The notes under the pieces: model-generated
Told to the model about the DNA's origin: nothing
Seen by the model: only the letters and a program-made list of their open reading frames with translations
Databases searched by the model: none
Position numbers and translations under genes: made by a program
Shown here: positions 40,713-52,463 of the stretch, one piece after another
Layout of the letters: each line of letters starts with the position of its first letter
How positions within the stretch are numbered: position 1 is the stretch's first letter
NCBI RefSeq assembly: GCF_001194135.2
Contig: NC_068983.1
Span: forward strand, 60,451,474 to 60,515,473
DNA length: 64,000 bases
Direction of reading: 5' to 3'
DNA from: Octopus bimaculoides
Lineage: Eukaryota

Positions 40713-42654
40713 CACTAGGGATTCAACTAATTGGTAAGGTCGGCTGTGATGGACGTATAATACTGTACACTTTGATTAATACACACACACACACACATGC
40801 AACTAATGTATGTGTGTGTCTTTACGGGAATGGCTGGGTAGTTAAGCACTTGCTTCCGCTTCACCCTCACTACACGCAGAGCTGGACTTCGGCGTGTACA
40901 AGCTGACGGTCGTGGAAATTTCCTTGTCTTTATTACGCCCTCCTTGGCACCCCCTATCATATGGCACCACGGGCACGAAATTTTTTTCCCACGATAGTTC
41001 CGGACCCCAGTAATGAACTCATTTGCATACAACCAATTAGAGCTCACCTTGACCTTGTTGTTAAGTTAACAAACACACTCTCCCAAGTAAACTCAAAATG
41101 AAGAATGGTGTTGCAAGTCGACCGATCACCAAGTTATGCCTGATTTTAGGAGACAAGTAATTAGATAGATTTGCTTCTATATACCTATTATCGGATTTTG
41201 TTAGGGACCCATATGGTAAAGCTGTGGATGAGGAAAATGTGGGTAGAAGGTGATGTGCTAGCAATCCTCTCCCCTTACTGCTTTACAAAATAGGACAGAT
41301 TATAGAGCATGTCCTATAAGGTATGTGGATTTCGAGGGATGTAGAAAACGGCTCAAAATCAATCGTACTTCCGATGTAAAACCTGTAATGATGTGTGCAT
41401 ATGGTTGTAACTATACATTTAAACACATTATAGTACAAGCAACTCGTTCAATGGACACTTTTGGAGCATCCCTATCTGCCTAACCAAATTTAAGCTAATT
41501 TAGACTTAACTCTTTTGTTCTTTTAGATTTTGAAGCTCCTCTAGAGTGAATGAATCCCCATCTCTTGTATAATTTCAGCTTTCGACTTTGAGCCCTACAG
41601 GTTCTGATTTGTATTTGAAAGACTTTTTCCAAGGGAGACTAATCTTTCTGAACTACTTGTCGGGGTTATTTCCCTCGGTTAAATTGTCTTTTAATTCGAT
41701 ACCCATTAATTCCATTCTAAGCAGAAATTTTCCACAGGTAGGTTGTATAGGTACTAAGTGAGATCTAGGTTACAGGGTATTTACATGCAAATATTGCCAC
41801 CAGACCCGGCTGTATGAAACTCAAAATAACTGTAGTTGCTTCTGGAACAATGAAACAAAAATAACTTGAGGTATCGGGTCTAAGCTACAATACTTTTTTA
41901 CACAAATAGTTACGTAAGCAAAGTTTACTCTTCAAATTACGTTGCCTGCTAATGAATTAGAAGCAGTTCTATTTTTAAATCAGATTCCGCCTCCTAAAAC
42001 GAAACATCTTGTCTGGACTACAGCGCTCCGCTGATAAATTGCTTATTTGCAGTTATTGCAATCACGTGGTTTCGGCCCCCCCCCCCCAGCGCGGCATCTA
42101 GGGCACGTGTTTTCTACTATATTGCTAACAGACTAGTACCTTATGGTTGAAGTTGGTAGGCAGAAACCGTGTGGAAGTCTGTTGTATGTATGTATATTTG
42201 TCCTCTACTGCTTGAGAACCGGTTTATGTTTGTTTACGTCCCCGTAACTTAGCGATTCGACAAGAAACCGATAAAGTAGATACTAGAGATTAAAAAAAAA
42301 AAGATCAGTACTGAGTTGATTTGTTTGACTAAACCCTTCAAGGCGGTGCCTCAGAATGGCTACCGTCCAATAACCGAAACCAGTAAAGCGTAAAATTACA
42401 AGCTTTAAATATTTGTCCCTCGCTACATCCAAATCGGTATCCTTTTCCTTTCCGAAACTGATAATGAGTTACTAAATAACATATTTTAATATATGCCTAA
42501 CTGTAAAAATAAAATAGGAAACAATTGAAGTCCTAAATGTACAAATAGAAATATTAATTCAAAATAAATAGAGTTCTTAATTCAATCGCAAAGTTCATGT
42601 ATTTAACGACATTTCAGCATTTAAAAAGCCGCTCTTCCAAAACGAGGCTTATTT

Positions 42655-42746
42655 ATTACTTCCGGTTCATGACCTCTTCTTCCTGTGGTTTCTTTCATTC
42701 AAATCTTAACGTCGCTGCCGTTTGTAATCGTAACGGATACTACGAG
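42655..42746 (+). other. NUP35: Candidate first exon of NUP35 (5' UTR, contains a uATG at 42669)
   Basis: ETS-like ACTTCCGG at about 42658, local CpG enrichment, donor GAG|GTATGT at 42746/42747. The start coordinate is approximate. Confidence 0.5.
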
Positions 42747-44159
42747 GTATGTTCGATTTTATTCAGTATCCTCGCTTGTTATAGCCCTTAATTCAAACTG
42801 ATCTTCCATTTACAGTCCTAAAATTAAAAAAAAAAAAGTCCCTTAAATACGGTCATGCATTTGTCTATTTCATTGTTGGTGAGTTCCCTAGAAAATGGGA
42901 TTCACTTAACTTCATTTATTGGTTTTTCAAGGCAAATTCTTTAATGTAACACACACACACATGTAATAGAGCTGTATTAAAAGGCTAGTTCTTGTATTTA
43001 GTGCCATAAAATCGAGGATATTCATTTTATTAGTTTAAATATTCGCCTTGATAGGCGTGTTTTCGAAATAGTTATCTTTCACTATCTCGTGGAGAAAGGA
43101 TTGCGTAGTTGTTCCCTTTTCTGGAAGCATTTTTTGTCCAAAAAAAAAAAAAAAAATTCAACTTTTTACACCCTTATCCAATTCCGAGACCCTCTCCGAC
43201 CGACTTCCGGAATAGCTATCACTGCCACTTGGGAAAGAGAAAGCAATGTGGGTGGTTGTTTTCTTCTTTTAAAGAATTTTTTATCCCCAAAATTTAACAT
43301 TTACCCCAAAAATTTTAACATTTTGCCCCTGACTTCATGCTCTGTTACAGTCGTAGTGTAATAAAAAAGAAAGAAAAAAACCCCAAATATTTGAATATGC
43401 GAACTGTTAAGAATTTCTAACTTAACTACGTGTTATATAATATCTTGTTATCCGTTAGTAAATGAAATTAGGAAGTCGACGAAACCTGAATTAATGATTT
43501 AACCAAACATGATTGTCTTTTAAGTAAAATAAATGGAGTTTTTGGGTGGGGATCGATTTATTTTGAGAAAAAGACTATAATAAAACTTATCTAAAATTTA
43601 CTTCTTGAAATTATATACATCTTTAAATCTGTAAATTGATAATTTATTGATGATAATAATAAGCGGAGATTGAGTACGCGTTCAAATGAAAATTTTCCCA
43701 TAAAAGAAATTACCGATAATTTTTAAATTTCATTTTACGTTTCATCAGCTATGGTATTGTCGATGTATAACGATGATGCGAAACGTTTTGAAAATTCATT
43801 CGTTATTGTACTTAAACCATAAGCCTAAAGTGTGGCGTCAAAAAGTTAAGGCCTATTTCGCCAGGGAGACTGGAACAAGATACAGTTTTGATAAGTTACC
43901 CAGAAGAGTTGAAATGATGGCGTTTTTTTTTGGAAGCACAACATTATGAACGAAGCAATGTGGATCCACATTGAAATTAAAGCTTAACTCGATTGGATGA
44001 GATCGTACAAGTTATATAATTACACTTGTTAAACAATTAATACGAGTCGATATGAATTAACCAAGTGAATTTCTAGAATGCTTACTGTCTGTCAACCAAA
44101 ATAAGTAAATGGCAATTTACTACCTGTATCAGCGTTGTGCCGTCACATTTCTCTCTAAG

Positions 44160-44620
44160 CACCAGCCACTACCACCAAAGGGTATCAAATTCCTAAAGGA
44201 AGCTTGAAAGGGACTCGTTTGCATTCAGCCTCAGACTGACAGATGCAAGTGGACTTGTAGGGCAGACTTAGAGGAGATAATGGTAACATCACTCCAACCA
44301 GACCTGTTTCTACTCTCCAGGGATGCAAAAAACAATCAATGTGGTCGAATTCACAGTCCCCTGGGAGGACAGACTCAATATTTTCCACCAGGTAAAGAAA
44401 TCAAAATATCAGGACTTAGTAGATGTGGCTCTCGTCAAGGGTTGGTGAGTGACCTTATTCTCATTGACATCCACTGCCACAACTTTCCACCTGGATCAGT
44501 GCACTATTTCTTTGTAGAAGATGGGTCTGAAACTCGGATAACTAAAGAAAATCAGCACAGCAGCTGAAACTAGCTAAAGATGGCTTTGGTTGATAAAGCA
44601 ACAAGTGGAGCCCTTTCATA
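44160..44620 (+). mobile_element. Relic of a REL-endonuclease non-LTR retrotransposon (HERO/R2-group-like), C-terminal end
   Basis: Across frameshifts: QMQVDL...TSLQPDLFLLS, KTINVVEFTVPWEDRL...KKSKYQDLV...KGW, and AAETS*RWLWLIK. These fit the PD-(D/E)xK-type ELTVPWE...K..KY..L and AE.ASRWLW motifs. Confidence 0.75.
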
Positions 44621-45076
44621 GGTGAAGACTAGTTCAGTCCTCACTGCCCCTTTCAGGTGAAATGTACTGGCTAAGGGGCGAAGCACTCATGGCCCTGAGA
44701 TACCTGCTGATGAGATGGAAGGGTTCCCAGCCTTGCAATGGATTTAGAAGAGCTTGTGAAACCTGAGTAGCTCCTGCAGTCTCAGCATAGGACAAAGCAT
44801 CTCTGATGTTTATTTCATCTATATATGTAAAATAAATGATGGTTGCTTGATTAATTCTTCCAATCATACTTTGTGTAGAGAGGTAACAGAAAAAGAAAAG
44901 ATAACATAACAGGTACAGAGTGAGTGCCCATACTCGTCTTGGAGACGGGCAGTAAGTAATGGCACATAATACAGAGGATGAGGAAGAGAGAGTAAATGAC
45001 AGTTATGAGAAGAGTTATACAAAACCTCTTTTAAAGTGTTCATATGTAAATTAAAATTTTCCATCATAATTTTATA

Positions 45077-45203
45077 CAGGGTGTCCACAAAGTCTGGGTA
45101 CATGAAGTAAATAAATTCATAACATAAACAATTAAATATAAGAAAAAATAATTTTTTAAAGTATGTGTTAATCCCCGTGTACCCAGATTTTGTGGACACC
45201 CTG
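45077..45203. mobile_element. Tc1-like MITE (127 bp), TA TSD
   Basis: ta|cagggtgtccacaaagtctgggtaca ... tgtacccagattttgtggacaccctg|ta. Confidence 0.9.
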
Positions 45204-45534
45204 TAGCATGATCTTGCTCTTACAAACATCAACTACGTGATGAAATGAAATTCTTGATTATTTCTTAATTGAAACATATAGGTAGTGTAATTCGTCACAA
45301 ATATGATAATGAAAGGATTAAAGTTAGGTATTTTTCTTTAACAAATTTATTTAAATTCTGGGAAAACATTTGTGAATAATTTCAAGATATCCATTAAAAT
45401 TTGGGGTTTGTGACTGCAGAAGCTTATTAAAAGCTCTGGTTCATTTTTATTTTTCTTAGCAACAAAACTGTCAAAGTCTTTAATAATGGAATTCTTTTTT
45501 TTTTGTAGCTACCAACACATTCTGACTTTAGAGA

Positions 45535-45630
45535 ATGACATCCAGTGCTGCTTCTCCAAATATTCATACTCCTCCTAACCAATATCTACCTGGTTACCTC
45601 TTGGGAGACATTACACCACATGGCAGAACG
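45535..45630 (+). CDS. NUP35: Nucleoporin NUP35/Nup53, coding exon 1
   Basis: MTSSAASPNIHTPPNQYLPGYLLGDITPHGRT matches the NUP35 N-terminal QFLPGFLMGD motif. Acceptor ttttgtag at 45508; donor acg|gtaag (phase 0). Confidence 0.88.
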
Positions 45631-46240
45631 GTAAGATTTTTTTATTATTTTTTTAGCCATGAACAAATGCCAATCTTATAATAGGATCCATGTATGGCTT
45701 TATATAAATGGTTAATTCTTTTTTCAGAATCCTATCTTAGTACCACCTTCTCACTTACTTGATATATTTTTTATCTTTTACTTGCTTGTCAGACTGCAGC
45801 TATGCTGGGGCTCCACCTCGAAGAATTTTAGTCGAATGCATCAACCGCCAGTACTTACTTTATTTTAAGCCTGATATTTATTCTATTGGTCTTTTTGGCT
45901 GAACTGCTAAGTTACAGCAAAGCAAACACACCAGTATCAGTTGTCAAGTAGTGGTGGGAGACAAAGACTCACGAGGCTTTACTTGGCCCAAGGCTGTAGC
46001 CACGGTGTGGGACTGAACCCAGACCCATGTAGTTGAGAAGCAAGCTTCTTACTACACAGCTATGCCTGCACCTATATGTATATATATTTTTTACTTATTT
46101 ATTATCAGTACAGCAGTTATCTCTGGACATGGCTATAGAATGTTGAACTGCTAACTGAAGCATTTAGGATTTCTTTCCTCTGCTGCCATTATTTGGGTTC
46201 CCCTTGGTCTGAACTCTTGTTGGCTCAGTTACACACACAC

Positions 46241-46276
<36 letters not shown>

Positions 46277-46277
<1 letters not shown>

Positions 46278-47340
46278 CTAGCTGGTGTACCCAGTAATTC
46301 CCAGAGGGTAAAGATGTTCTATTGAAACACCTTATTACTCTGATATAAGAAAGCAATTTCGTTATAACTGCTGCAAAAGGTGTATTTTCCATCACGAAAA
46401 AGTACAAAATCTGTCAGCTGGAGGAGGGAGAGATTGTCGGAGGCTGGTAAGAGAGGTTGGCGAGAGGCAAAGACATTATTCTGCTTAGCGAAGGCATCTG
46501 GGAAATGTATAATTGCTGTCATTCACAGAAAAACTATTGTTTTACCGTGAAAAAAGTGCTGCTGAAGTGTTAAGTGAAATTTGGCAATCAAGGATCAAAT
46601 CCACGTTATGCCTGCATGAAACCACTACAAATACATTGTGGAATAAAAATTTTATCTCCTGTCATGGAAAAAGTGTAACTATAAAAATGCAGAATTATTG
46701 GGGTAATGGGCATTCAAAAAAGTATGTATGTATTGAAATGTATGAATGAAGTCTTTAGGGTTTAAGATTCAAATTAAGGAAGTGTAATAATAATGTTTAG
46801 CAGTTCAAAACTGAGTAGTGAAATGCAGAATTAGGTCAGCTGATCGTGAGAATCAAATATTGATTGCTTCGCTAAAAACTGCAGGTGGTATGGGTTATTA
46901 CCCTTGGGTTGTTTAAATAAAATATTCGTAATATGTAGTAGATAGAAGGATCCATTGGAGGGGCCCTATTATCGATTTTTTTCAACGATCCTAGTATGTC
47001 ACAAGGTTTCCAGACTTGAGTTCTACTCGTGTGTCAAAGTATAAAAGTGATATTGTCTGAAAAATTAGAGAAATAGGACACACCAAAAATCTATATTCAA
47101 AGTAATCAAACATAAACAATGAAATGGGTTATTTCCCTGGAGTGTTTAAAAAAAAATATCGTGCAGATGCTATGGGTTATTTCCTTTGGGTGTTTAAAAA
47201 AAATTAGTTATATGTGGTAGATATAAAGGTCCCTTCCAGGCGCCATATTATCGATTTTTTTTCAACAATCTAAGTATGTGACAAGGTTACCAGACATGAG
47301 TTATACTCATGTGTCAAGTTTCATCAAAATCAATAAAACA
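46277..47340 (+). mobile_element. Possible Helitron/Helentron-type non-autonomous element with an internal tandem duplication
   Basis: Starts actagctggtgtaccc after (AT)n. About 150-bp diverged duplicates at 46889-47040 and 47171-47318. Ends with a gtgtcaagtttcatcaaaatc motif. Confidence 0.4.
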
Positions 47341-47659
47341 ATGGACATTAAAATGATGATGGTTAAGAACCAGAAAACGTGAGACTGTTCCAGCTGTCAA
47401 AGTTAGGCCATAGGTTTCCCCAATTGTCTCAGTCAACCGAGGATAGATCCTGGGCCTGATTATATTTTATATCTAAGGGCTGGTGCAAAGTTGGACCTCC
47501 TATAGGCCAATTTTTGTCCCTAGCACTCTTTGTATGCCATCAAATGCAGTATTTCTTTTTTCCTGTGAATTTGAGGGGTTTTGCTGGTGTAAGAAAACAT
47601 TGTACTTTATTATTGTTATAAACTTGACTGTAACATTTATTAATTTTTTTATCCTTTAG

Positions 47660-47775
47660 CAAACTCCACTCCGTTGGCCTTCAGGTCATGCTCAGACCAC
47701 ACCCATCTCTGCCAGACGTCAACAAGGAACCAAAATATCCCCGGCATCCAGCATGGTAACAACTCCACCATCAAG
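47660..47775 (+). CDS. NUP35: NUP35 coding exon 2
   Basis: cctttag|CAA, reads QTPLRWPSG...MVTTPPS, donor ag|gtgagt (phase 0 to 2). S/T/P-rich. Confidence 0.75.
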
Positions 47776-48591
47776 GTGAGTGTTTCAGTTCTTTGAAATT
47801 TTTTACTTATTGGATTATGACATGAATTTGCTAGAAAGCTTGAAGATAAAGTAGTTTAGAAGGCAACTAGACTTAACCCTTTTGGTACCAACCTGTCTGA
47901 GAGTCTACCCTTCATTGTATATTATAAACGTCTTGTTTTAGAGTGCAAGGTGATCTAAATTAACCCTTTGGCATTTAAACCAGCCTTATCTGGCCCAAGT
48001 ATTCAGTGCTAGTATTGTATGCGGTCTACCACGTTGTCAAACAGTATAGCCAGGATTATCTACCTTAAACGTTCAGTTAATGAAGGAAACCAATTTTTCT
48101 ATTATACGGACATTAACAGCAAATTAAACTGCAAGTTGTGCCTGAGTGAGATTTTAGAACTAATATTTTTCTTTGTCATGGACACAAAACTCCGCTTGCG
48201 AAGACCTGTTGGGGCAAGCGAAAGCAAAATCATGATGGCACTTGTGCCCGTAGCATCTGTAAGGACTTTCAAGTGAGATCGTTGCCAGTGCCGCTGGACT
48301 GGCTCTTGTGTGGGTGGCACGTAAAATACACCATTTTGAGCGTGGCCTTTGCCAGTACTGCCTGACTGGCGTTCGTGCCGATGGCACGTAAAAGTACTCA
48401 CTACACTCTCTGAGTGGTTGGCGTTAGAAAGGGCATCTAGCTGTAGAAACTCTGCCAAATTAGATTGGAGCCTGGTACAGCCATCTGGTTCACCAGTCCT
48501 CAGTCAAATCGTCCAACCAATGCTAGCATGGAAAGCGGACGTTAAACGATGATGATGATGATGATACTCCTGATCACAGCAGTAACTCTAA

Positions 48592-48996
48592 CAGGAAAAT
48601 CTAAAAATACAATAACTGACTGGTGCAATGTGTGCTGCGAGGTGTGTGGAGCCATAGTTTATCATGAACGATGAGGGAAGATGGTTGGAATAAACAATAA
48701 CCCCATTCAGATCGACGAAGCAAGATTTGCTGGTCAACGAAAATACAATTGAGGAAGAATGCTGAATGGCGACAACACTCCTCTCTTTGAAGACGGTGAT
48801 GCAGGACAAGGAAACAACAGGAACCATGGACGTAGAATTGACGGGCCGTGGGTTTCTGATCCCAATTATTGAAAGCAAATGTGAAAAAGATGAGTGGCCC
48901 ACTTGTAATAATTTAAATGCCATAGGTTATCACCATCTGACAGTGAACCATCAACGATATTATGTGGATCCAGTGACCGGAGCACACGCTCATGCC
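48592..48996 (+). mobile_element. Degenerate Merlin/IS1016 (ISXO2-like DDE) transposase fragment
   Basis: TDWCNVCCEVC...PIQIDEARFAGQRKYN*GR...DGPWV, then after a frameshift/deletion LIPII...DEWP...GYHHLTVNHQRYYVDPVTGAH. Two in-frame TGA stops. Confidence 0.85.
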
Positions 48997-50244
48997 ACTG
49001 TTAGATGCTAAAACTATGATTCTGAAATATCTGAAGTTTTTTTAATCTCTCAAATATCTGAGAGATAAGGTAGATAACCTTGTTTGACACCATGGTAGAC
49101 TGCATACTATACTCACACCAAATATTCTTGTTTTATCCTCAAACTGGCCAGATCTGGCTTCTCACACTTACCCTGCAGTATTATTTTAGAAATAAACACA
49201 TATCGTTGAAATTTCAAAGCTACAAGACGATGAATGTCCAATTCAAATTGATGTGAATAGACGAGCATGACACGTGACAGAGTAATCTGAATGCTAAAGG
49301 GTTAAACTGGTAAAGATGACAGGGTTGTGTACCTCTTGAACATTTGCAAATGGGTGGTTTCAGGGAACATGTATGCAGGGAGGAATTCTTGAGAGCCAAC
49401 AGTCGAGGAAGGAAGGTCTAGATATAGGGGTTACAGTGGAACCTGGGGTTGGAGGGGTATGGGTTACAGTGTCCCCTGAGGGAGGAGCTGAATGAGGTAG
49501 CACAACCTAGGCAGAGATGGCAGGTGACCATCCGTGTCTGGAGGGCAATTGACCGTGTAATGGTGGTGGTCATGGTTGAGAGGACTGAGAGAGGAGACAG
49601 AATGCCTATTGGACTGAAGGTGGAGTGTGGTGATGATTGACTTAATACCATTCAATCTGGGTTGCCTGTGTGTGTACTCGGTCTAAGAATTTCACTCTTA
49701 AATAGATATGAAGTGAAATTAGATCCAACCGTATGGCCTTGGGTTCAATCCCACTATACAGCACTTTGGGCAAGTGTTTTCTACTATAGCCTTGCTTTGA
49801 CCAAAGCCTTATGAGTGGATTTGGTAGGTGGAAACTAAACGAAGCCCATTTTATATGTGTGTATTTGTCTCCCCCTATAGTTTGATGACCAGTGATGGTT
49901 TGTTTACATCCTTGTAACTTAGCAGTTCAGTTAAAAGAGACAGAATAAGTACTGGGGTTGATTTGTTCAACTAAACCCATCAAGGAGTGTCCCAGCATGG
50001 GTGCAATCCAATGACAGACCCCCACCTAAAATTGCTGACCTTGTGCTAAAATTTGAAACTGTTGATTAAGCTGGTGTTTGGAACATAAATTAACATGAAA
50101 TTTTGATGGAAGATTTTGAGATCACTCCCAACAGTTTGGAACCGGGGAACCAGGGTCAGTTTTGGATGAATTTGTATCGAAAAAGTTAATCACCTGTCTG
50201 TTATTGTTTCTACCATTGCTGAAAGTAAAGTTAATGTTTTTCAG

Positions 50245-50347
50245 AAGCGAGATTCTTCGCAGCAAAGATCGCAGTGCTGCACCACCTGTGCAGAGTTTAT
50301 TCGAATCTCCAATGTCTTCGTCAATGGTAGAGACTTCTTTCCACCAA
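50245..50347 (+). CDS. NUP35: NUP35 coding exon 3
   Basis: ttttcag|A, reads SEILRSKDRSAAPPVQSLFESPMSSSMVETSFHQ (compare KDKSGAPPVRSIYD). Donor caa|gtaagt; a weaker in-frame donor exists at 50326. Confidence 0.85.
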
Positions 50348-50755
50348 GTAAGTTGATTAAGCTTGATTCTCGTTAAACAAAATAGAATGACAGCAACTAC
50401 ATTTGTTTTATTTTGTTTACTGTATTTGATGACATAAAAAACAAATATGCATATTAGATATACCCCACTTTTAGCAGCATGTATTCAGGGGGAAAATGGT
50501 TGTAGTGCATTACATTAAAGCAGTGACCCCCAGCCAGTCGTCTGAAGACCCCTAGTGGTCTGCAAAGGTAGTACTGGGGGTCTATGAACTAAATTCAAAA
50601 TTTCATATATACATATATATGAGAGGTTTTGGTATCTGGAAGACCCAAATGGCAGGTAAGGCTATGTAAGTGCTATGGAAGGAACGCTGTTAGACTCCTT
50701 GTTCGATAATAGTATGAGTGAGGATTCTAATGCAAGTCGTGTGTGAACGTGTATA

Positions 50756-51210
50756 TGTTAAATAAAATGTGACAACAAAGCCAAGCCAGTGTAAAATTTC
50801 TAGGACGTTTATAAAGAGAAAGGTAGTCTTACAGCTGTTTCAGGGATATAAAAGTTATATATAGAGACGATATGAGAGATTTAAATAGAAGGAAATAATT
50901 GAGCTCAATATAGGAAGTTATTTTGGAAAAAGAGGAATATAGGAAGTATAAAGGGAAATATGAGAATAAAAATAAATGTATTTTATATATTTTTATTTTT
51001 ATCTTCATACTTTGTTCTTATATCTCTCCCTCTCCAAAATAACTTCTTATATTGAACTCAACTATTTCCTTCTAGTTAACTCTCTCATATCCTCTCTGAT
51101 GATGGGATATCTTTTATTTCCCTGAAACAGCTGTAAGACTACCTTTCTCTTTATAAAATGTCCTAGAAATTTCACACTGCCTTGGCTTTGTTGCCTCATT
51201 TTATTTAACA
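50756..51210. repeat. Long inverted repeat (about 230-bp arms), Penelope-like terminal repeat pair
   Basis: Left arm gaaaggtagtcttacagctgtttcaggga is mirrored by tccctgaaacagctgtaagactacctttc; the right arm carries a hammerhead-like core. Confidence 0.8.
51093..51138 (+). ncRNA. Minimal type I hammerhead ribozyme-like motif
   Basis: tct-CTGATGA-t-GGGA...TCCC-t-GAAAC-AGCT-GTA-aga: core boxes, stem II, palindromic stem III loop and a short stem I. Confidence 0.45.
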
Positions 51211-52381
51211 TTCACATACACACATATATATATATACATACATACATAATATATGTATTTAAGGATAAGTATGTTAAAAGGAGTCTGTGGGAAAACTCAT
51301 TTAAATAAAAGTGTTGGGAACCGGTGCATTAAAGCATGTAATATAGTCTAATTTTGCCTCTTCCTATGGCTTTCCTTTCTGCAGCTTCATTGCACTTGGA
51401 TTGCCTTGCACTTCTTTACTTAGTGTTCAACCTTCACACTTCATCTACATTCAAACCCTCTACTATGCTATGTATTGCACTTCATATACACGTCATACAA
51501 TTTGTCCCTCACTTGTTGAAAGAATCCCATTTTTGCCACCAGAGCTCCATCAATCCCTTCCGCCTCATTTTTACTCTGGCTTCTCTTCCTTAACAGATGT
51601 TTCCACTACAGATAATGTCACTGAGAGAAATCGGGTTTCAGGACAACTTTAATTGGGTTTATTTCCCTGAAATAATGAAGCAATACTGAAATATGTTTAT
51701 GGCCCTTCAAAGTTTTTTGCTTCTGAAAGTCTGTTCCAAGTACTTAGAAGAGTATTTCACTCACTTTCAAAACTAATTTTCACACAAATTGCTTTCGCTA
51801 TCACAGGTGTATTTAAATACACTGCTTTTCTTTCATTTAATTTAAAAGTTAATGAAATATTTAATACAATACCTTTGCCATTATTAAACTGGTATTTTGG
51901 AACATGGAAGGTTTTAATTTAAATCACTTCAAAATAGGAAGTTTGTATCATAGAACCAGGAGCAGTCTTGGACAGGTTGATATCACAGCAGTTAAATAGG
52001 TGAACTATTTCTGCTTGCCAATTCATTACTTAATGGTATTTTGTCTTGTACAGCCAATTTTAACCATATTTTTATGAGGAAAGTATTTAACTCTTTTTGT
52101 TAGTCTATTTCTGTTGAAATAGACTAACTTTGTTTCAAGAAGAATTTAGTAACATGCTATTGTCATTATTGAGCTGATGTTTAAATTATAAATTAATATG
52201 AAATTTTGATTAAAGGTTTTAATTTAAATCACTTTAAAATAGGAAGTTTGTATCTTAGGATCAGAGGCAGTCTTGGGCAGGTTGCTCTCAAAAGACTCAA
52301 ATGGCTAATTTCTAATCTCAATTATTATTTCTCCTACTGACATTACTTTCACAATTTCACATTCTCTGTTTATTTTTGTAG

Positions 52382-52463
52382 ACTCCTTACTCATCCTTCA
52401 CTCAACAACACACATCTCCAGCTGTATCGCGGCCTATCTCTGAACCTGAAATGATGCAAATTG
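52382..52463 (+). CDS. NUP35: NUP35 coding exon 4
   Basis: tttttgtag|ACT, reads TPYSSFTQQHTSPAVSRPISEPEMMQI, donor g|gtgaga (phase 0 to 1). Confidence 0.72.

Larger units (their letters stand above)
50521..51326. mobile_element. hAT-like MITE carrying a nested long inverted repeat
   Basis: Perfect 8-bp TSD cattaaag at 50513-50520 and 51327-51334; degenerate TIRs cagtgacccccagc and gttgggaaccggtg. Confidence 0.75.

Noticed and set aside
49418-49655. Overlapping short ORFs with a Cys/His pattern (possible zinc knuckle)
   Set aside because: No intact CCHC spacing; probably an unclassifiable decayed retroelement.
51597-51640. Possible extra NUP35 exon after taacag
   Set aside because: No good donor in a compatible phase; exons 50347 and 52382 already join in phase 0.
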